Source: Torpedo marmorata
Lineage: Eukaryota
DNA: 64,000 bases
Direction of reading: 5' to 3'
Assembly (NCBI GenBank): GCA_977017645.1
Contig: OZ360234.1
Span: 20,274,001 to 20,338,000, forward strand
The notes under the pieces were generated by a model. That model had not been told where the DNA came from and did not search any database. It was given only the letters and a program-made list of their open reading frames with translations. The position numbers and the translations under genes are program-made. The first letter of the stretch is position 1; the number at the start of each line of letters is the position of its first letter. Shown here in pieces: positions 1 to 64,000 of this stretch.

Positions 1-463
1 CCACCCAAGCGAGCTCTTGTCGCCTCGGCTACCCCCCCCCCACTGGAGCCCCCGACCGCGGATCCTTGCCTGGGCCGCCCATCCATCCGAGCTCCCGACG
101 CCCCGAACATGTCTTCGAAATTAAAACACAGATCAATGGCCGTCTTCGTTACCCATAATCCCCCACGCAGCTGGAACCGCTCTGCCAGTGCCAGGGAAAC
201 GCAGAGCGGTTCCAGCTGCGTGAGGGATTATGGGTAACGAAGATGGCCGTTGATCTGTGTTTTAATTTCAACTGTTACAACGCTTTATTGAAACCCAGAT
301 TTAGCACGACCCCGCTTTGTTCGCGATGCAATTTTTATGAACTTCAAGTAAATACTGTAATAAAGAATCTTAACATATATACAGTACTTTTAATACAAAA
401 AAAATTTTGGTCGTATGTGCGGGTGGACGTAACTCACGTAGGTCGTAAGTCGAGGACTACCTG
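1..463. mobile_element. Tigger/pogo-type non-autonomous DNA transposon (right end only) with internal hairpin
   Basis: Ends GGTCGTAAGTCGAGGACTACCTG followed by TA; GC-rich interior; 69-bp inverted repeat at 117-269. Confidence 0.7.
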
Positions 464-1041
464 TAATTTAAATATCTCTAATGGACTCGAAATGTTAAAA
501 AGTGATATATGAAATGTTAGTAAAAGCATACATGCTCAGGTTGAATCACCACCAGATTTTTAAGAGTGCATGTAATATATTCTGAATGTGGAGAGGAAGG
601 AAAATATTAGTTAGTAATCACTGAACTTTGTTGACCTCAATCCAGTTTCCTCAACATATCTTTAATCTCTTCTCTTTTATAGGATTGCAACCAATTGTTT
701 TAAAATTCTTTCCTGATAACACTTTTCTTTAAAATCGTCACCCTTGGAGTGATACAAATCAGTTATCCTTAAGTCAACTGTCATACTTTGAAATCTGCTG
801 CCAATCTTTAACCAAACCCGTTCTCAAAACCAGCCACATCCCTTCCTTGCAACCTCTTTTGATTTGCAGCATTCACTTGCTCTTTTGTCTAAAATTTCTT
901 GCCAGATAACCAGATTTCTTGGTGGTGACAATAACAAATATATACGTTAGCCAAAGAGCAAACAGGCAAGCCAAAGGACAAATTTAATCCGCAAAAGATT
1001 TTTTAAAAATTAAGATCTGCATGATGAAAAAAAATACTTAC

Positions 1042-57710
<56,669 letters not shown>

Positions 57711-57899
57711 CACAGAAGACTTTTTCTGGTCATCCATCCTGTGACATATAACACTCCAAATTGCTTGAACCACCAGTGTTTTCGTTCTTTCTCTCCGTTT
57801 TGGAAACAAAACTAAGAAAAATGATTTTTAATGAGGGGAAATTGTTGAACTAACCAGTATCTAGCATTTTCTGTTTCAGTACAGTATGACTAACTGGAC

Positions 57900-59060
57900 T
57901 GCTATTTCGAGTTCGAACGCGACTACCTCCTCTTCACCATGGATATCCAATCACTATACACCTCCATCCTCCATACCGAAGGCCTCAAAGCCCTTTGTTT
58001 CTTCCTCGACAACAGACCCAACTAGTCTCCCTCCACGACCACCCTCCTCCGGCTTGCAGAACTTATCCTCTCCCTCAATAACCTCCTTTGACTCATCTCA
58101 CTTTCTCCAAGTCAAAGGGATAGCCACGGTGACCCGCATGGGCCTCAGCTATGCCTACCTTTTTGTTGACTATGTGGAACAATCCATGCTATGAGCCTAC
58201 AGAGGCAAGGCTTCTCAACTCTTCCTCTACTATATTCACGGCTACATTGGTGCTGCCTCATGCACCCATGATGATTCGTTGACTTTATCCACTTTGCTGC
58301 CAACTTCTACCCTGACCTCAAATTCACTTGGTCCATCTCTAGCAACACTCTTCCCTTTCTCGATCTCTCTGTCTCCATCTTGGGAGACAAACTCTTGACA
58401 GACATTTTCTACAAACCCACCAACTCCCACAGCTACCTCGATTACACGTCTTCACACCCTGTCCCCAAGATTCCATTCCTTTTTCACAATTCCTCCACCT
58501 CCGTTCTCATTTGCTCCTAGGACTCGATCTTGCATGTGAGATCATCCAAGATGTCTGCCTTTTTTTTTAAATGGCTTCCCCTCTACTACCACCTACTCAG
58601 CCCTCACCCACATATCCTGCATTACCCGCAATTCTGCCCTGGTCCTGTATGTCCCTATGTGCAACAAGGACAGCATTTCCCTTGTCCTCATCTACCACCC
58701 CACCAGCCCTCGCATCCAACATATCATCTTCTGCCATTTCTGTCAGCTACTACGTGATCCCAGACACATCATCCTCTCTGCTCCCCTCTCCACCTTACGC
58801 AGGGATCGCTCCCTCTGTGACTCCCTCATCCACTCCTCCCTTCCCACCAATCGGCCTCTTGGTAGCTACCCCTTTGATCGCAAGAAATGCTACACTTGCG
58901 CCCACAGCTCCTACCTCACCATCATTCGGGGCCCCAAACAGTCCGTCAAAGTAAAGCAACACTTCACTTGTAAATCTGCAGAGATCATCTACTGCATCCA
59001 GTGCTCCTCTACATCAGACAGACTGGGCACAGACTGGGAGATCGCTTCATTGAACACTAC
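57900..59060 (+). mobile_element. Penelope-like retroelement, decayed RT and GIY-YIG region
   Basis: FLQVKGIATVTRMGLSYAYLFV; LVLIYHP; RRDRSLCDSLIHS; CYTCAH; FTCKSAEIIYCIQC. Confidence 0.85.
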
Positions 59061-59454
59061 ATGAGCATTCCTGTGTTCTCACTAACTGGACAGCAGCCGC
59101 AAGTGATTTTGCTTAACCAGACATGATCACCCAAAAGAAACACAAAAATGGCAGATTCTGGAATCTTGAGAGTACAAAGAGAAGCTGGGGGCATTCAATG
59201 GATTAGACAGCAAATTTAGAGAAGAACTAAAATCAACTGTATTTCAGAATTGCCGAACTTCAACGATGCTTCATTTTATAAAAATTGTATCTCTGGTGTA
59301 TTTCATGGAAACAAGAACAGATTTCACTCTGGCTAAATGTCAGTAAATACCATGGCCATCTCATTGGCATGGCAAACTCAGCAACTCCATATAAAATTGC
59401 TACCAACCAAACTATAGTTATAAGTGTGGAGCTATTTTGGTGACTGCTTGACCC

Positions 59455-60100
59455 ACAGAGTCATAGAGCTATTTTGATTGGAAATAAGCCCTTCAGCTCA
59501 ACTCATCCATGCCAATCACATTGCCTATCTGAGCTCGTCCCATTTGCCTGTACTTGTCCTACAAGACTCTCCTTTTCATGTACCTGTCCAAATATATTTT
59601 AATATTGTATTTGTACCCACCTCTGCCTTTTCCACTGGCACCTCATTCCATATATGCACCACCCCCTGGGTGAAAAGTTGCCACTCAGTTCCCTTTTAAA
59701 ATTTTCCAATTTTATCTTAAACCCTCCTACGAACACTCTCCCACCCTCGGGAAAAGACAATGCTCCTCATAGTTTTTATACCTCCAAAAGGTCACCTTTA
59801 ACCTTCTACATTCCAAGGACAAAGGTTTCTAACCTGTACAACCTCTCCTGATAACTCAAGCCCTCCAGTTTTGGCAACATTTTTGTGAATCTTTTTTGTG
59901 TTATCTTTATCAATTAATGATATGCTTCCTATATCAAGGTAAGCAGAATTGCACATGGTATTCCAAATGTGGGATTACCAATGTCTTGTACTGCAGTAAC
60001 ATGACATCCCAACTTCTGTACTCAATGCCCTGATGTATGAAGACAAGCATACCAAACACCTACTTCACCACCCTATCTAACCATGTCACCATTTTCAGGC
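59455..60100 (-). mobile_element. Degenerate CR1 3' fragment
   Basis: Similar to 36470-37140. Confidence 0.75.
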
Positions 60101-60399
60101 AACCATCAGGTACTCAGCATTAAGTTGTACTTGAAGCCAAACTCTGGTGTCTTATCCACTTTCCAAAAAACATGGTGTCAAGTTTCAGAGTTGCTTCTTC
60201 TGCTATACAATTAATATCTGCCTTCAGCATGTTGGCGAGAACTATTCAAAACAACTTTGAATAAGCTTATCACTTGAAATCTTTTAAATATCCAAAGATT
60301 GTCAAGTATGCCAGAGTTCATCAAGACAGATCTGCCAGCATTTGGCTCATGACAGAGGAGTGTTGTGGTCCATGCCTCAGGGACATACAGAAAAAGAAT

Positions 60400-61182
60400 G
60401 GTGATGCTGCCGGAGCTGCTGTAACGGCAATCTGCCTCTGCTGGTGACCCATGGAGAGTGGGGAGCGAAGTCTCTGCGCTCCCCCACAGGGTCCATCTGC
60501 CCAGTCCGAATGACGTCGGCTCTGCACAGGCTTTAAATGGCCTTTTAAAGGTTCATTTTAAAATCCCGCGACACCGGGGTTTGGCCCAAGATGGTGGCAC
60601 CTATGATTGGCCGCGGCCACGAGGAGTTGCAGACTCCAGGGAAGTAGAGGATTGGTGCAGGACGCCAGAAAATGGGGAGAGGGGAGACCACCCACCCCCA
60701 CCTCCGTTTGAGAAGGAGAAGCAGAGGAGATGACCCACAGGACGGTAACCTTGGCAGCGGAACAGTGAAAGGCTCTGAGGCTGAAGAACACACAGGAGGC
60801 GGGCTGATGGTGACTCGAGGTCAAAAGACTCACACCAGGCTGCGGACTGCTGGAGACTGGCTGAAGGGGTACCAGGTATTGCAACCAGGATGCGAGAGGG
60901 CGGTGGAGGCTTCCTGATCGTGACAGAGATGTGCAGCTGGGAGCTCGGGTTGCTGATGGTTCGGACTGAAGGCTGTGTGGCTGCATGGGTGCGCTGGAGT
61001 CGAAACCATGGACATTCGGTGACCCTGGGAGAACTCTCTTTTGCTTCTCTTTCTCTGGCTGTAAGGGGCGCTGGGCAATTTTTGCAGATAGTGAATCTTT
61101 GTCTGCCTAAAGGTAGACTAAAGGAAATTTCATGTAATATGACATTTTCTGATTTATTACATGACAATAAAATAATCTTGAA
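60400..61182 (+). mobile_element. Non-coding retroposon family with Rex1-like tail, copy 3
   Basis: Shared blocks with 34815-35552; tail CATGACAATAAAATAATCTTGAA. Confidence 0.6.
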
Positions 61183-61489
61183 GTCCAACTTGAGGGGTAG
61201 AAGGGTACACAATTTAATAAACTACCCACATACCCCTCTGTATCACAGTCCGCAGTTCCAGCATTTCTGTGTTGTGGTCAAAACACATTTACTCTATCCA
61301 AGTCTTCATTTTTGGACATAATGGAAATATTCAAGTGATAAAGATTGTGAAAATAAGTACCAAGCAGGGCTTTTGATGGGAGAAAAAGTTGGATTTTAAC
61401 AGGTAAGTTTACAGAGATAATGATAATCATAAATCTACACTATCGATTTCTGTACTAAAAAACTATTACGGTAAGTAACAACATTAAAA

Positions 61490-61960
61490 GTGATACCACG
61501 AGGGTCTTCTCCGCAAGGAATATGATCAGCGCGGATCATTTTCCAATGCCTAATTGCCAGGAGAAACACACCGCAAACGGGAATTTCGGGTTGCTTTTAT
61601 TACATGACTTAAAATGGACATTCTTGAAAAACATGTGATGCTACTTTTGATTTTTATCTTCAGCGACCAGTTTGCTGGAGAATCCTGACGGTCCCCAGTC
61701 GCAGGTGTTATCTTTGACGACTGAACGGGCCAATGAGGATGCAGCGAACGTCACCTGTGGCTGCGGGACAGAGGCGGGATCTTTTGGGTCAGGTGCTTGC
61801 GGCTGGAGAGAGTGTTGGCAGCAGGCAGGTGTAGTGGCACAAACTACTGTTATCAAAAGACACCAAACGCCCAGCCGCATATCGAGACGCCGGAGTCCAT
61901 TTTCGAACTAGCTTGGCCGGAATTGGGTGGTAGGTGCTGAGTTCAAGCTGCTCCAGTTCA
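61490..61960 (+). promoter_or_regulatory. CpG-rich promoter/5'UTR of the START-domain gene
   Basis: CpG enrichment directly upstream of ATG 61961; GC-box-like GAGGCGGGA at about 61771. Confidence 0.5.
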
Positions 61961-62125
61961 ATGTCTGCCGAACGCGACGTTGTGCATGTCCCCGATGACC
62001 TGGCGTTCGCCTCGTTCCGGGAGCAGTGTCAGTCGGAGCAAGGATGGCAACAGAAGTACAACAAAACCGGCATGGGAGTGTGGGTGCAGGCCGCATCTGA
62101 GGGAAAAGCTATACATCGAATAAAG
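61961..62125 (+). CDS. First coding exon of a STARD10/PCTP-like START-domain lipid transfer protein (possibly the stard14-type paralog); rest lies beyond the window
   Basis: MSAERDVVHVPDDLAFASFREQCQSEQGWQQKYNKTGMGVWVQAASEGKAIHRIK|GTAAAA resembles the STARD10 N-terminus (VQVPDDQDFRSFRSEC..GW...Y...GVSVWVQ...LHKIK); 165 nt, phase 0, CpG-rich context. Confidence 0.88.
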
Positions 62126-62569
62126 GTAAAACAATGGGAGAATGGAATTGCTAAATAAAAGGCCTTGTATTATTATCATACGATTACCACCTCCAAAAAA
62201 AAACTTAACTGTCAATTAATTACTTTTGAAGCGTGTTCTCTGTCATGAACGGAAACGTGGCGGCTAGGTTGCAAGTGACAACTTAACCTGATTTATTGCT
62301 GTCTGTTCAGAGATAATGTTGACTATTTACTTATGTGTCTAACCTTGGCCTGGTATTTCACAAGAACATTGGTATATAAATTGTTGTAGAGCCACTAATG
62401 CAATACTGGGCTGGATGACAAAAGGTTTGGTTGGTTATCAGTCTTATGGTACATCGAATTGTGGATAGTGAGATGTGAAGGTTGGCGTTGAAAGTTTAAG
62501 TTTTGGTGCCAGTTGTGGGTGGGTAAGTTTGGAGAATTGGAGGGTACTCTGGAAGATTATAACTGGAGC

Positions 62570-62875
62570 TGCACAGCACACAAACAGGCTCTTCAGCCCA
62601 CAATTTCTGTCTAACCATTGATCACCCATCCACACTAATCTTGCACCAATCTCATTATATTCTCCCCATATTCTCATCCATTTCAGATGATTCCACTCAC
62701 CTACGTGTTGAGGGCAATTAACAGTGGCCTACCATCTCTGGGATTGTGAGGAAGCTAGGCACATTGGGGAAACCTATGGAGTCAGAGGAACAATTTGAAA
62801 ATAACTTGCAGATGTTATCAGAGGTCAGAATTGAACCAGGTCACTGGAGCGTGAATAGTTGAGTTGTTGTGCTAT
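62570..62875 (-). mobile_element. Degenerate V-SINE/HE1-like copy
   Basis: ACAGCAC..AACAGGCTCTTCAGCCCAC tail; GAATTGAACCAGG B-box remnant. Confidence 0.5.
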
Positions 62876-62965
62876 CTGACATCACTGACTGATTTCAGAA
62901 ATAGGAAGGTGAGAAACTGGAAGAAAGCAAAGATGAGATTTTTTAAATTGAAATGTTGCTTAATG

Positions 62966-63081
62966 CAGTGGTTCTCAACCTGTTTTTTTTTTCCATTCAC
63001 ATACTAACTTAAATAATGCCATAGTAGGGATTACTTAAGATGGCATGTGAGTGGGGGGAAAAAAAGAGTTGAGAACCACTG
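62966..63081. mobile_element. hAT-Charlie MITE
   Basis: CAGTGGTTCTCAAC...GTTGAGAACCACTG; TSD GCTTAATG/ACTTAATG. Confidence 0.85.
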
Positions 63082-64000
63082 ACTTAATGAAATGTTGTTG
63101 CACCTAATGGGGAGGGAGAGTTTATTGATGTGTAGAAGGTAATCAACAGAGATGCAAGTATGGGAAGACAATTGATGATTCTTTGGCTATGACTGGATAG
63201 AACAGTATGGCAAATGCAGGACCTTCTAGAAGACAAGTCATAAGCTTGATGGGATGCTCTATACTTGCCTGAATAGTACAATTCCAGCAACACTCAACTT
63301 CAATTCCGTCTCAGATAAAGCAACCCATCTGATTGACACCCAGTCTACCAACTAAGATATCAATTTCTTCTAAAACGATTGCACTGTCTGTAGTTTATGG
63401 ACAATTTACAAAATGCGGTACAGTTATTTGCAGCTTCTACAGCCCCTTCTATATATGTGACATTGCTTCCAACTTTAAGGGTAAGCATAGCAAGTGCATG
63501 AAAACAACCACCTGGATTTTCCCCTCAAAGTTATGGACCATCCTGACTATGAAATACATTGCAGATCCTTCATTGTGTCATGGCCTTTTTCTTGGAATTT
63601 CCTGTCTAACAGCACTGTGAGAGTATTTTCACAGGGAAGGTTGTCTTCTAAAGGCCAATTCAAGGAAAAACAGTAACCTTGCTCAAATACCTAATTGAAT
63701 AAATGAGTGAAAAAAGTATGAAACAAGGATAGGTTATTCATCATGATGTGATAATGGCTTCTTCAAAGGAAAATTTCCACCTGCTAAATGTAGGATTAAA
63801 AACTGGGCAGATTGATTTTTTTGAGCTGTGCACGTACCTATATTTTCAACTTCGTAAATTTTTTTTTTAATGCAAAAGTAGAAAATGGGATTGGAAGAGC
63901 AAGTTTATGTTTTCAGCTGGGGTGCGCAATGAGTCAGTTTCTGCACTTGTCAAATTGAATGCTGACATTTATGTTTGATTCTTAGTACAATAAATCCCCA

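Overview
Vertebrate genomic DNA, most likely a cartilaginous fish (ray or shark), judging from the HE1/V-type SINEs, Penelope-derived palindromes and CR1/Rex1 LINEs. The minus strand holds the first 22 coding exons of MED12 (ATG at 57625; the gene runs off the left edge). All its splice sites are GT-AG and in phase. About 4.3 kb upstream, head-to-head on the plus strand, is the first coding exon of a STARD10/PCTP-like START-domain gene (61961-62125). The introns are dense with transposons: CR1, L1/Tx1, Rex1/Babar, Penelope, SINEs, hAT, Tigger/pogo, and an ERV-like LTR-PBS-gag fragment. The most unusual signal is gene capture by DNA transposons of two superfamilies ('Pack' elements). A hAT element (8336-9112; 12-bp TIRs, 8-bp TSD) carries genomic exon 1 of MASTL/Greatwall with upstream and intronic flanks. 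A Tc2/pogo-type element (27654-28375) carries the 5' part of DMRT1 up to the start of the DM domain. Unrelated elements also share GC-rich internal modules and are nested up to three levels deep. Family names and comparisons to human genes come from motif recognition and memory, not database searches, and LINE boundaries are approximate.
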